Source: a virus (lineage: Duplodnaviria; Caudoviricetes). Taken from it: a DNA stretch of 64,000 nucleotides. The stretch is taken from positions 128,001 through 192,000 of the IMG/VR virus record IMGVR_UViG_3300012952_003952. One strand, 5' to 3'. Positions 40,278 through 50,170 of the stretch are shown here, piece by piece. Within the stretch, counting starts at the first letter, position 1. The number at the start of each line of letters is the position of its first letter. A model generated the notes under the pieces. It saw only the letters and a list, made by a program, of their open reading frames with translations, did no database searches and was not told where the DNA came from. The position numbers were made by a program, and so were the translations under genes.

Positions 40278-41036
40278 ATGAATGAAAAACAGATTCGCAA
40301 TTATATTCGAAAGATTATAAAAGAGCAAAATGAAGAAGAGCCCCAAACGACGCAAAAGCGTGGTAAGGGTAGATATAAAAAAGAAATTGAAGATGTGGGC
40401 AGAGTCCCTCCTGGCGAATTAATGCAGAGGCTAGGCGCAAAAAAGGGCGTTGGAGATTCTGATATTAAAAAATTGACGAGCTTTTTAGATTCTGCCACTG
40501 GTGGAATCGAAGCTATGAAAATAGTTTATGATTCTCCTAAAGAAAAACAAGACTCACACGGCCGGTATGGCGCAGAAATTCCTCTAAGCAGTATTAAAGG
40601 CGCAGGAGGAACAATTCCACCAAGAGATGGTAGAAGATATATAGAATATACGATGGCTGCAGGTAAAGATTCCGGTTTCGTAGACACTGCTCCTTTTATG
40701 GTAGAAATTTTTGGAAACGGCATTCTAGTATATTTTTCCGACAAGCCCTATATGTGGAATAGAGCACCTCAAAAGAAGAAATCTACCAACGAATCTGCTG
40801 TAGATGAAGAGTTACTTGGAGAGCCAGATGAGTCTAACGAAGACGAAAGAGAAGACGCTGAAAAAGATGAATACAGCGTCTCTGCAAATGTTGCAGGCGT
40901 AGTAACTCCACTAGGAACAGGCCCAACGGGTGGAAAGGGAAAAGAAGACAAGAACAATGATCCGCGCAAAAGAGCGATCGACGCCAACGAAAGAGCATTT
41001 GGTGGTGGGAAAGTCTATTCTCCAAAGAAGAAATAA
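40278..41036 (+). CDS. hypothetical protein, possibly a virion internal protein
   Basis: N-terminal IRNYIRKIIKE motif; ATATTTA upstream. Confidence 0.55.
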   Translation: MNEKQIRNYIRKIIKEQNEEEPQTTQKRGKGRYKKEIEDVGRVPPGELMQRLGAKKGVGDSDIKKLTSFLDSATGGIEAMKIVYDSPKEKQDSHGRYGAEIPLSSIKGAGGTIPPRDGRRYIEYTMAAGKDSGFVDTAPFMVEIFGNGILVYFSDKPYMWNRAPQKKKSTNESAVDEELLGEPDESNEDEREDAEKDEYSVSANVAGVVTPLGTGPTGGKGKEDKNNDPRKRAIDANERAFGGGKVYSPKKK

Positions 41037-41074
41037 GTTGTAGCTCAGTCTTATACCTATTAATATAGGTCTTA

Positions 41075-41527
41075 GTGAGCAATATGAAAAAAACATCTAG
41101 ATTTGTTGCAGGCGACTTAATAGCAGTGTTCGGCGCAGAATCTGGAAAAGAGGGCAAAAAAGCCGAAACCGTTTCTCTCTGTAAAGTTATTTCAGTAGGC
41201 GAAAAAGACCTCATCGTAGAAGAAAAAGATACTCCCTCTTATTCTTCTCGCAAACCTTATTATATAGTGCCTAAGTCTATTTGTCATAAACTTGCAATGG
41301 ACCCTGACACAGTAACAAGCGCTTCTCTTATGATTCCAAAAATCGGAGATCTTGTTCTCTCTTACGTAAAAGAAGTGTTTAAAAATGAAGATCCTGTTGA
41401 AATAACTGGAATTTTGTATAAAATAACGTATAAGCTTGGAAGACCCTTGACAGCGACTTTACTTATGGGTAGCACAGAAATGAAAGAAGTACCCTTTTCA
41501 AGTTTAATGGTTTTGCAAACAAATTAA
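41075..41527 (+). CDS. hypothetical protein
   Basis: 150-aa ORF filling the gap; beta-rich SH3-like appearance (weak). Confidence 0.55.
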   Translation: MSNMKKTSRFVAGDLIAVFGAESGKEGKKAETVSLCKVISVGEKDLIVEEKDTPSYSSRKPYYIVPKSICHKLAMDPDTVTSASLMIPKIGDLVLSYVKEVFKNEDPVEITGILYKITYKLGRPLTATLLMGSTEMKEVPFSSLMVLQTN

Positions 41528-41625
41528 TTTGAACAACTCACTATAAAGTTATAAATTTATTATGTGGTTATCTACCACACTACAAACTAAAAATTTGCAC
41601 ATTTAAACATTTAAAGGAGTAAAAA

Positions 41626-42444
41626 ATGGCAATTGATCTCGACGCAATTCGCAAGAAGCTAAACCAGCTTTCTGGCAACAATTCAAAGCGCAACTCTATG
41701 TGGCGACCACAAGAAGGAGAAGAACACACTGTTCGAATTCTTGCTTTTTCTGATAATGATGGACAGCCTTTCAAGGAGCGCTGGTTCTATTATAACATTG
41801 GAAATAATCCAGGACTTCTAGCTCCACACCAATTTGGTCAGCCAGACCCAATTCAAGAATTGATTAATACGCTTCGTAATGACGGAACTAAGGAATCATA
41901 CGAGCTGGCTAAGAAGCTATATCCTAAGATGCGAGCATACGCTCCAGTTATCGTTCGTGGTGAAGAGAGCCAAGGTGTTCGTCTTTGGTCTTTCGGAAAG
42001 ACGGTCTATCAATCTCTTCTTAACTTGATGCTTGATGATGAAGTTGGAGATATTACTGATCCCACAACCGGCCGCGATATTAAGGTAACTTGCACAAAGC
42101 CTCCAGGTCGTATGTGGGCTACTACTGAAGTCCGGCCTCGGATGAGCACTACAGATCTTGCCGAAGATGCAAAACAAGCTAAGGCATGGCTTGACAGCAT
42201 TCCAGATATCGATGAAATGTATACTTGCAAGAGTTATGATGAGCTAGAAAATATTGTTAACGCATGGCTAAATGGTGATGAATCAGATGATTCGAATTCG
42301 AACAACTTCGGTCAGACTCGAGGAGGTTCAACTCAAGATAGCTCTACCGCTACCACAAAGGATACCTCGACCGACAATGCGAAGATGGCAGAAAAGTATG
42401 CAAGTCTAGATGATGCATTTGCAGACATCGAAAAAGATTTTTAA
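41626..42444 (+). CDS. single-stranded DNA-binding protein (gp32-like)
   Basis: VRLWSFGKTVYQ, DITDPTTGRDI, acidic C-terminal tail; AAGGAG RBS. Confidence 0.8.
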   Translation: MAIDLDAIRKKLNQLSGNNSKRNSMWRPQEGEEHTVRILAFSDNDGQPFKERWFYYNIGNNPGLLAPHQFGQPDPIQELINTLRNDGTKESYELAKKLYPKMRAYAPVIVRGEESQGVRLWSFGKTVYQSLLNLMLDDEVGDITDPTTGRDIKVTCTKPPGRMWATTEVRPRMSTTDLAEDAKQAKAWLDSIPDIDEMYTCKSYDELENIVNAWLNGDESDDSNSNNFGQTRGGSTQDSSTATTKDTSTDNAKMAEKYASLDDAFADIEKDF

Positions 42445-42472
42445 GATTTAAATTTCTAAAAGCTTTCATTTT

Positions 42473-42501
42473 GAGGCGTCACTAAGTGGCGCCTCTTTTT
42501 T
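42473..42501 (+). terminator. intrinsic terminator after SSB
   Basis: GAGGCGTCAC-TAA-GTGGCGCCTC (one G-U pair) followed by TTTTTT. Confidence 0.8.
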
Positions 42502-42530
42502 ATGAACATCGCATGGTTTAGTTTTATATT
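42502..42530 (+). promoter_or_regulatory. sigma70-like promoter for recA operon
   Basis: ATGAAC-N17-TATATT immediately after the SSB terminator. Confidence 0.55.
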
Positions 42531-42548
42531 AGATTAGGAGATTAATAG

Positions 42549-43739
42549 ATGGGAAAAAGTACAAAAAACAAAAATTCTGATGATTTTACAAGCGATCTAA
42601 TAAAGCAACTTAATAAAGAACACGGTTCCAAAGTGGCTTATAACTTAGAGAACGATGAATCACCAACGCACATCAAAAGGTGGATCAGCACAGGTTGCAG
42701 ACAGTTAGATTATATTGTTTCTAATCGTGCAAACGGTGGATTACCAGAAGGTAGAATTATAGAAATTTTTGGACCACCCTCAATTGGAAAGTCACACATT
42801 GCTATTCAGATAGCCCGAACTACTCAGCAGATGGGCGGCATTGTGGTCTATATAGATACTGAGAATGCCACATCTGTAGAAAATCTAGGGCTTCTAGGAG
42901 TTGATATTTCTAAGAGGTTTGTCTATGTTGATACCCACATGACTGAAGAAGTTCTTTCTATAGCGGAGTCAACAATTCTTAAAGCTAGAGCAATGGAAAA
43001 AGATGTTCCAATTACTATTATTTGGGATTCAGTCGCTGCTTCTTCTCCAAAGGCTGAGCTCGATGGAACTTATGAACAAAACTCTATAGGCCTTCAAGCC
43101 CGAGCAATTTCTAAAGGAATGCGTAAAATAACTGGCGTAATTGGCCAAACTAACGCTTTATTCGTAATACTTAACCAAATTCGAACTAAGATCGGAGTTA
43201 TGTATGGAGATCCTACTACTACACCCGGGGGTAAGGCAATCCCTTTTCACTCATCTGTACGAATCAAGTTGGGAGCAGGACAACAGATCCAAAACAAAGA
43301 CTAAGAAGTCATCGGTATTAATGTTTCTGCTAAAACTATCAAGAATAAAGTAGCCCCACCTTTTAGGTCAGCAAATTTTGAGATCCATTTCGGTAAAGGC
43401 GTCTATGAACATGAGCAAGTTTTTGATCTTTTGAGAAAACATGGCCCCGAAGTAGTAGAAGGTAAAGAAATTGCGATTTCTGGAGCAGGCGCTTGGAAAA
43501 ACTTAACAGTTACGGATGTATCTACTGGTGAAATTATAGCTGAGAAAAAGTTTTATAAAGCTGATTTTGGCAGCGTTTGGAAAGATGAGCAATATGAACC
43601 TTATATTGAAAGTTTACTTGAACAATGTCTAGTAAAGACTTTAAGAGATCCTGATTCTATGGATATCGATACTGAGTCTTTTGAAGAAGTAAGAGCACTA
43701 GCTATGGAAGCTGATCTGCTATTGGATTCGGATGAATAA
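42549..43739 (+). pseudogene. recA: RecA/UvsX recombinase interrupted by one in-frame TAA (43302-43304)
   Basis: GRIIEIFGPPSIGKS, YIDTE, WDSVAA, LQARAISKGMRK, ILNQIR and TTPGGKAIPF; after the TAA the same frame continues EVIGINVSAKTIKNKVAPPFR to 43739. Confidence 0.85.
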
Positions 43740-44694
43740 AAAAGAGAGACCGATAGTTTTTATTGACGCATTAAATTTTTTCATGCGCCACTTTACTGTA
43801 AATCCCTCTGTGGGGATGAACGGCCAACATGTGGGAGGGTCTCTAGGTTTTTTAAGAGGGCTTGGTTATTTAGCCGATCTACTCAATCCGGAATGTGTAT
43901 ACGTTATTTGGGAGGGCGGCGGATCTCCAAGAAGAAGAAGTATTTACCCGGACTACAAGAAGAATAAGCGCCCCGTAAAATTAAACAGGTTTTATGAGGG
44001 AGATATTCCAAACACAGTAGAAAATAGAAACTACCAAGTAAATCTAATTGTGAATCTTTTAAAAAGGTCTGGTATAAAACAAGTCTATACTTCGGATTGC
44101 GAAGCAGATGATGTAATAGGCTATGTTTGTAAGAGAGAGTTCCCAAACAAGAAAAAAGTCATAATATCTTCGGACAAAGATTATTATCAGTTGTTAGAAG
44201 ACAAAAACATAAGAATTTGGTCTCCCGGTCAAAAAGATTTTGTCACTTCAGAAAAAATATTAAAAAAATTTGGTGTCACTGCTGCCAATTTTTGCCTATG
44301 CCGCTGCTTTACAGGAGATGGCTCTGACGGAATCCCAGGAATAAAAGGTGTTGGCTTTCGTTCTCTAGCCAAACGTTTTCCTGATCTGGCATCTTCTGGA
44401 TCGATGGATGTGGAAGAAATACTTAGTCTAAGTAAGGCACGAGCAACTAACAGCAAGCTTCAAATTTATCAAAATATCGGTAAGGATGAAGATGCTGTGA
44501 GGAGGAATTGGAAGCTGATGTACCTAGACACTTCCAATCTATCGTTCAACCAAACACAAAAAATAAAAAGTCAACTGGAATCCGAGATTCCAAAAATAAA
44601 TAAAATGGATTTTATGAGAATTATTCTAAAAGAAGGAATACAAGATTTCGACGTAGAAAAATTCTTCATGAGTATGAAAGCAATGAGTTATTAG
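43732..44694 (+). CDS. 5'-3' exonuclease/flap endonuclease (Pol I N-terminal or T4 RNase H-like)
   Basis: IDALN, YKKNKR, EADDVIG, SSDKDYYQL and GDGSDGIPGIKGVG. Confidence 0.9.
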   Translation: MNKKERPIVFIDALNFFMRHFTVNPSVGMNGQHVGGSLGFLRGLGYLADLLNPECVYVIWEGGGSPRRRSIYPDYKKNKRPVKLNRFYEGDIPNTVENRNYQVNLIVNLLKRSGIKQVYTSDCEADDVIGYVCKREFPNKKKVIISSDKDYYQLLEDKNIRIWSPGQKDFVTSEKILKKFGVTAANFCLCRCFTGDGSDGIPGIKGVGFRSLAKRFPDLASSGSMDVEEILSLSKARATNSKLQIYQNIGKDEDAVRRNWKLMYLDTSNLSFNQTQKIKSQLESEIPKINKMDFMRIILKEGIQDFDVEKFFMSMKAMSY

Positions 44695-44702
44695 GAGTAG
44701 CC

Positions 44703-46103
44703 GTGTCAGAAGTTTATGACGTATCCCCATCATCAGGGGCACCGTATTTTTCAAAGTATGGAAAGAACTTTCAAGAGAAGATTTTCCAAGGTTTGTTAAC
44801 CGATCACAGATGGGCATCTCAAATGATTGAGATTATGCATCCTGATTTTTTCGAACTTAGATATTTAACGTATCTTTCAGAGAAATATTTTAACTACTTC
44901 ACAAACTATAATGCTTTCCCAACACCGCAACTTCTTATCACCATTGTAAAAGAAGACCTGTCAGAATCTGGAGACATTCTCTTAAAAGAACAAGTTGTAG
45001 ATTTTCTTCACAGACTTAAGTCTAATCCAGATTTGGGAGACCAAAACTACGTAAAAGATAAAGCGTTAGACTTTTGCAAGTGCCAAGTTTTTAAAGAAGC
45101 TTTAGACAAGGCAGTAGATCTTATTTCTACTGAAAAGTTTGAGTCTGTTGTTGGTTTAATGAAAGAAGCGGTGTCTGTTGGCATGCCAGCTAGTTTAGGA
45201 CACGATTTCTTTGAAGATATGGATTCTCGTTTTGTTAAAAACACTAGAATTGTAATTCCCACCGGGCTTCCAAGATTAGACGCTCACGATATCTTAAGAG
45301 GAGGCCTCGGCCGAGGAGAGATTGGCGTTATAACTGCCAACACTGGAGTTGGTAAATCTCACTGGCTTGTAGAAATGGGGGCTAATGCAATGAGAGCTGG
45401 CAAAAATGTTGTTCATTACACATTTGAATTGTCAGAAGAGGCGGTTGGCTTAAGATATGATTCGAATCTTTGCGACATCGCCAACAACGACGTGGTAAAC
45501 CACAAAGAAGAAGTTCAAGATTTTTATAAAGAAAACGAAATGGGAAAACTTATAATAAAAGAGTACCCAACAGGCTCAGCTAGCATCGTAACAATTAAGA
45601 ATCATTTAGACAAACTTCTTCTTAAAAACTTTAAGCCGAATATTATCATTGTAGATTATGCTGATATTATGAGATCAACAAGATCTTTTGACTCTTTGAG
45701 GCACGAATTGAAATTGGTTTATGAAGAATTAAGAAATATGGCTATGGAACTCAATATTCCAATTTGGACAGCTTCTCAAGCTAATAGAGACTCTGCGAAT
45801 TCTGATATAGTTGGACTCGAAAACATGTCAGAAGCTTATGGCAAAGCCATGGTCGCCGATTTAGTAGTTTCTATCTCTAGAAAAGCCACTGAAAAAGCAG
45901 GTGGAACAGGCCGTCTTTTTATAGCAAAAAATAGAGCAGGTAGAGACGGTCTTCTTTTTCCTATTTCAATCGACACAGCAAAATCGAAGTTTCAAATCTT
46001 AGATGAAAATTCACTAACTTTAAATGAAGCTGTTCAACAAGATAAAAATGAAATTAAAGACCAACTACGTGAAAAGTGGGCGGAAGTAAGAAGGTTGCAA
46101 TAA
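44703..46103 (+). CDS. replicative DNA helicase (DnaB/gp41-like)
   Basis: TANTGVGKS Walker A, FELSE, IIVDYADIM, WTASQANR and KNRAGRDG. Confidence 0.9.
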   Translation: MSEVYDVSPSSGAPYFSKYGKNFQEKIFQGLLTDHRWASQMIEIMHPDFFELRYLTYLSEKYFNYFTNYNAFPTPQLLITIVKEDLSESGDILLKEQVVDFLHRLKSNPDLGDQNYVKDKALDFCKCQVFKEALDKAVDLISTEKFESVVGLMKEAVSVGMPASLGHDFFEDMDSRFVKNTRIVIPTGLPRLDAHDILRGGLGRGEIGVITANTGVGKSHWLVEMGANAMRAGKNVVHYTFELSEEAVGLRYDSNLCDIANNDVVNHKEEVQDFYKENEMGKLIIKEYPTGSASIVTIKNHLDKLLLKNFKPNIIIVDYADIMRSTRSFDSLRHELKLVYEELRNMAMELNIPIWTASQANRDSANSDIVGLENMSEAYGKAMVADLVVSISRKATEKAGGTGRLFIAKNRAGRDGLLFPISIDTAKSKFQILDENSLTLNEAVQQDKNEIKDQLREKWAEVRRLQ

Positions 46104-46104
46104 C

Positions 46105-48549
46105 ATGAAAGAAAAATACGAAAAGGACAAAGTTTTAGAAGAAACCAACACTTATTTCAACGGAGACGAACTAGCAACTAGTGCGATAGTCAATAAATAT
46201 CTTCTCAGAGACTCAGAAGGAAATTTTCTTGAATCTAATCCAGATCAGATGCACCGCAGGTTAGCTTCTGAATTTGCTAGAATAGAAAAAAAATATAATG
46301 GCTCTAGATCTCTTGACGAAGAGCAAATCTATAATTTATTCAAGAATTTCGAACAAATAATACCTCAGGGTTCTCCAATGTTCGGAATTGGAAATGAGCA
46401 CGCAGTAGTCAGCCTTTCCAACTGTGTGGTTGTAGATTCTCCAAAAGACGATATAAGCTCGATATTAAATCGAGGAAAAGATTTAGCCAACCTTTTTAAA
46501 AGACGCTGTGGAGTGGGAATAGATATATCTACACTCCGACCAGAAGGAGCTTCAGTATCTAATTCTGCTAGGACGACTACAGGAGCTTGGAGCTTTGCAG
46601 ATTTTTATAGCTATGTTTGCAGGATGATCGGCCAAAATGGTCGTCGTGGAGCACTGATGATAACCATCGATGTTCGCCATCCAGACATTGCAAGCTTTGT
46701 TACGATGAAAAAAGATCTCACCAAGGTGACCGGCGCAAATGTTTCTGTAAAAATCACTAATGACTTCATGAGAGCAGTAGAAAGCGGAGAGAAGTTTACT
46801 TTACAGTGGCCAATAGATTCTACTGACCCTTGTGTTTCTGAAGAAATAGACGCAGGAGAGCTTTGGAAATTAATAGTCGAATCTGCTACTGAAACAGCAG
46901 AGCCCGGTTTAATGATGTGGGACAATATAATAGAAGATTTACCCGCAGAGTCTTATAGCGATGTAGGGTTTAAGACGATTACTACTAATCCCTGTGGAGA
47001 AATTCCTTTAAGTGCTTATGATTCATGCCGCCTCATAGCCATCAATCTTACAAGCTATGTTGAAAACTCTTTTGAGAAAAATGCATCTTTTAACTTTGAA
47101 AAATTCAACATGGCAGCTCGATATGCGATGCGGTTAAGCGATAACTTGATAGATTTAGAAGCTGAGAAGCTGCAAGCGATACTAGAAAAAGTAGATACTG
47201 AAGATGAAAAAATTCTTTGGAATAAGCTTTTAGATGCTTGCTTAAATGGAAGAAGAACCGGATTAGGCACCCTCGGCTTAGGTGACACTTTAGTAAAATT
47301 AGGAATAACATACGGCTCTGAAGAATCTATTGAAATGATAGAAAAAATATACGAATCTTTAAAGATTTCTGCGTATACAGAAAGCGTAATTTTAGCTGAA
47401 GAGCGCGGTCCCTTTAAGGTCTGGGATTGGGAAAAAGAAAAAGATAACGCCTTTATTAAAAGGCTTCCAGAGAATTTAAAAGCAGCAATCAAGAAGCACG
47501 GCCGAAGAAACATCGCGTGTTTGACAAATGCCCCAACCGGAACATGCTCAATCGCAGCTCAAACATCGAGCGGCATCGAGCCAATTTTTAGATTAAGCTA
47601 TACTCGAAGAAAAAAGATTAATTCAGACGAAGAAGAAAAGCCTGATTTTGTTGATAATTTAGGTGATAAGTGGAAAGAGTTCGAAATATATCATCATGCG
47701 CTTCAAGAATATTGGGATGCTAGAGGATCTAGCGACATAGAGTCTTTGCCTGAATGTTTTATTACTTCAGACGAAATTGATTGGGTAAAAAGAATAGAAG
47801 TTCAAGCAGCTATCCAGAGACATATCGATCACTCTATTAGCAGTACTATTAATCTACCCTCGGATACATCTCCTGACGTAGTTGATGTTCTATACAGAAA
47901 AGCTTGGAAAAATGGACTGAAGGGCGTCACCGTTTATGTTGATGGTTCTCGAACTGGAGTCTTGGTTACTAAAAAAGAAGAGAATTCAGAAAAGAAATAC
48001 AAATCTGCTCCAAAAAGAGCAGAATTACTAGAATGCGATATTCATAGAGCTTCAATAACAGGCGAAGATTGGACAATTTTAGTAGGTTTAAGCGAAGGCC
48101 AACCCTATGAAATATTTGGTGGTTTATCTGAATATGTGGAGATCCCCAAGAAGCACACTTCTGGAAAAATTAGAAAAAGATCTAGAAAGTCTGTTAACTC
48201 TAAATACGATTTAATAGTAGGAACTAATGGAGATGAATTCGTTATAAAAGATATAGTGTCAGTGTTTAGGAATCCCAACCACACTGCTTTTACTAGGACT
48301 ATTTCTCTGTCTATGCGCCACGGAGTACCGGTTCAATATTTAGTAGAACAACTTCAAAAAGACAAAGAAGCCGATTTATTTTCTTTTAGTAAAGTTATAG
48401 CAAGAGTAATGAAAAAATACATTAAAGACGGAACAAAAGTGAGCAACGGAGTAATAGACTGCAATTGTGAAAACCAAGAACATTGTAAGGTAGTCTATCA
48501 AGAGGGCTGCGCTACGTGTTTAACTTGCGGATATGCTAAATGCGGGTGA
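46105..48549 (+). CDS. nrdJ: class II (adenosylcobalamin-dependent) ribonucleotide reductase
   Basis: SLSNC, RRGALM, NPCGEIPL, APTGT, TSSGIEP, GLKGVTVY, C-terminal CATCLTCG; no beta-subunit gene adjacent. Confidence 0.85.
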   Translation: MKEKYEKDKVLEETNTYFNGDELATSAIVNKYLLRDSEGNFLESNPDQMHRRLASEFARIEKKYNGSRSLDEEQIYNLFKNFEQIIPQGSPMFGIGNEHAVVSLSNCVVVDSPKDDISSILNRGKDLANLFKRRCGVGIDISTLRPEGASVSNSARTTTGAWSFADFYSYVCRMIGQNGRRGALMITIDVRHPDIASFVTMKKDLTKVTGANVSVKITNDFMRAVESGEKFTLQWPIDSTDPCVSEEIDAGELWKLIVESATETAEPGLMMWDNIIEDLPAESYSDVGFKTITTNPCGEIPLSAYDSCRLIAINLTSYVENSFEKNASFNFEKFNMAARYAMRLSDNLIDLEAEKLQAILEKVDTEDEKILWNKLLDACLNGRRTGLGTLGLGDTLVKLGITYGSEESIEMIEKIYESLKISAYTESVILAEERGPFKVWDWEKEKDNAFIKRLPENLKAAIKKHGRRNIACLTNAPTGTCSIAAQTSSGIEPIFRLSYTRRKKINSDEEEKPDFVDNLGDKWKEFEIYHHALQEYWDARGSSDIESLPECFITSDEIDWVKRIEVQAAIQRHIDHSISSTINLPSDTSPDVVDVLYRKAWKNGLKGVTVYVDGSRTGVLVTKKEENSEKKYKSAPKRAELLECDIHRASITGEDWTILVGLSEGQPYEIFGGLSEYVEIPKKHTSGKIRKRSRKSVNSKYDLIVGTNGDEFVIKDIVSVFRNPNHTAFTRTISLSMRHGVPVQYLVEQLQKDKEADLFSFSKVIARVMKKYIKDGTKVSNGVIDCNCENQEHCKVVYQEGCATCLTCGYAKCG

Positions 48550-48574
48550 TACTTAGATAAACGTAGGGAGAAAA

Positions 48575-48961
48575 ATGGCTTATTCTGATAAAGTTATTGA
48601 CCACTTTGAGGATCCACAAAATATGGGATCTCTAGATAAAAAAGACCCATCTGTAGGAACTGGATTAGTCGGTGCCCCAGCATGTGGCGACGTAATGAGA
48701 CTTCAGTTAAAGATTAGCGATAGTGGAATTATAGAAGAAGCCAAATTTAAAACTTTCGGCTGCGGATCTGCTATTGCTTCTAGCTCTCTCATAACAACTA
48801 TGGTTAAGGGAAAAACTGTTGAAGATGCTGAAAAAATTTCTAATGCTGATGTCGCCAAAGAGTTGTCTCTCCCTCCAGTAAAAATCCACTGTTCAGTATT
48901 GGCAGAAGACGCTATTAAAGCCGCTATTAAAAATTATAGAGAAAAAAATGACGAAAGATGA
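48575..48961 (+). CDS. iscU: Fe-S cluster scaffold IscU
   Basis: MAYSDKVIDHF, GAPACGDVMRLQ, FKTFGCGSAIASSS and LPPVKIHCSVLAEDAIKAA. Confidence 0.95.
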   Translation: MAYSDKVIDHFEDPQNMGSLDKKDPSVGTGLVGAPACGDVMRLQLKISDSGIIEEAKFKTFGCGSAIASSSLITTMVKGKTVEDAEKISNADVAKELSLPPVKIHCSVLAEDAIKAAIKNYREKNDER

Positions 48962-49220
48962 AATACAGAATTTTATAGATGAAGAAATTAATCCACTCCT
49001 CCAAGACCATGGCGGATTTATTTCTATTTACGATTTCGATCAAAGTAGTAAATCTTTAAAGATACAAATGGGTGGAGGCTGCCAAGGTTGCGCAGGTTCT
49101 AAAATGACTCTGAGAAGAGGGGTCGAGAATCATCTTAGAGAAAATTTTCCAGACATGGGAGAAATCGAAGATGTTACCGATCACCTAGCTGGAGAAAACC
49201 CATATTATGAGAAGGAGTAA
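48948..49220 (+). CDS. NifU/Nfu C-terminal-domain Fe-S carrier
   Basis: INPLLQDHGG and GGCQGC (CxxC), then TLRRGVE. Confidence 0.85.
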   Translation: MTKDEIQNFIDEEINPLLQDHGGFISIYDFDQSSKSLKIQMGGGCQGCAGSKMTLRRGVENHLRENFPDMGEIEDVTDHLAGENPYYEKE

Positions 49221-49223
49221 AAA

Positions 49224-49550
49224 TTGCCTATAACAATTACAGAAAAAGCAAAAGAAAAAATTTCTTCTCTCCTTGCGCAACGCCAAACTCCTGACCACTA
49301 TTTAAAAATTGGGCTTCAAGGCGGAGGCTGTTCAGGATTCAAATATAATTATGATTTTGTTCTAGAGCCAGAAGACAAAGACAAAGTTTTTCAGTTTGAA
49401 AACATTAAAATTTGCATAGACAAAAAATCTTATTTATTTCTCAATGGGGTAGAAATAGATTATGAAGAAGACCTTTTTAAATCTGGTCTTGTATTCAATG
49501 CTCCCTCTGCGAAGAGAACGTGTGGGTGCGGAGAATCGGTAGCTTTTTAG
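49224..49550 (+). CDS. iscA: A-type Fe-S carrier (IscA/SufA/ErpA family)
   Basis: ITITEKA, GGCSGFKY and CGCGES; TTG start with AAGGAG RBS. Confidence 0.9.
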   Translation: MPITITEKAKEKISSLLAQRQTPDHYLKIGLQGGGCSGFKYNYDFVLEPEDKDKVFQFENIKICIDKKSYLFLNGVEIDYEEDLFKSGLVFNAPSAKRTCGCGESVAF

Positions 49551-49558
49551 GAAAAAAT

Positions 49559-50161
49559 ATGAAATGGACTACAAATATATCGCCGTTAGTTAAAGAGTTT
49601 GAACTTAGAAAAAACCCAATAATAATACGCGTAAATAAATTCGACGAAGAATCTGCTAGAAAATTCAGCCAAGAAATAGCGCAAGCCCACAACACTGGGC
49701 AAAAGATAGTTCCAGTCGTGATAGATTCATATGGCGGCCAAGTTTACAGTTTGATGGCTATGATAAGCGACATACAGAATTCAGAAATACCAGTTGCTAC
49801 GATTGTAGAAGGAAAAGCCATGTCTTGTGGAGCAATACTTTTTTCTTTTGGTGCCGAAGGGTATCGTTTTATGGACAAAAATGCAACAGTGATGATACAC
49901 GATGTTTCTTCTATGGACATGGGAAAAGTGGAAGAGTTAAAAGCAGGAGCAGCTGAAGCAGACCGACTAAACAGCATAGTTTATACAATGATGGCTCAAA
50001 ACTGTGGCAAGAAAGACGATTATTTTATGGAAATAGTCTACACGAAGAAACACGCTGATTGGTTTCTAGATGCTAACGAATGTAAGACTCATAATCTAGC
50101 TAATCACTTAAGAGTCCCAAAGCTCAACATTAAAATTGATGTTGACATAGATTTTGAGTAG
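49559..50161 (+). CDS. ClpP-like serine protease
   Basis: IDSYGG, AMSCGA (Ser), MIHD (His), DWFLDANE; ATG at 49559. Confidence 0.8.
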   Translation: MKWTTNISPLVKEFELRKNPIIIRVNKFDEESARKFSQEIAQAHNTGQKIVPVVIDSYGGQVYSLMAMISDIQNSEIPVATIVEGKAMSCGAILFSFGAEGYRFMDKNATVMIHDVSSMDMGKVEELKAGAAEADRLNSIVYTMMAQNCGKKDDYFMEIVYTKKHADWFLDANECKTHNLANHLRVPKLNIKIDVDIDFE

Positions 50162-50170
50162 GTTTCTAAA

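Noticed and set aside
4767-40987. Many minus-strand track ORFs (e.g. 4767..5177, 10046..10348, 10394..10891, 27248..30082, 40769..40987)
   Set aside because: They are Ser/Pro/Ala-rich shadows of acidic or helical plus-strand genes, with no RBS or motifs.
42549-43739. Genome-wide TAA recoding suggested by the RecA stop
   Set aside because: TAA is the normal terminator of many intact genes here (capsid, sheath 2, SSB, dnaE), and TAG and TGA also terminate genes. No other gene shows an internal stop.
43431-43739. Independent 102-aa gene in the ORF track
   Set aside because: It is in frame with RecA and is its C-terminal domain.
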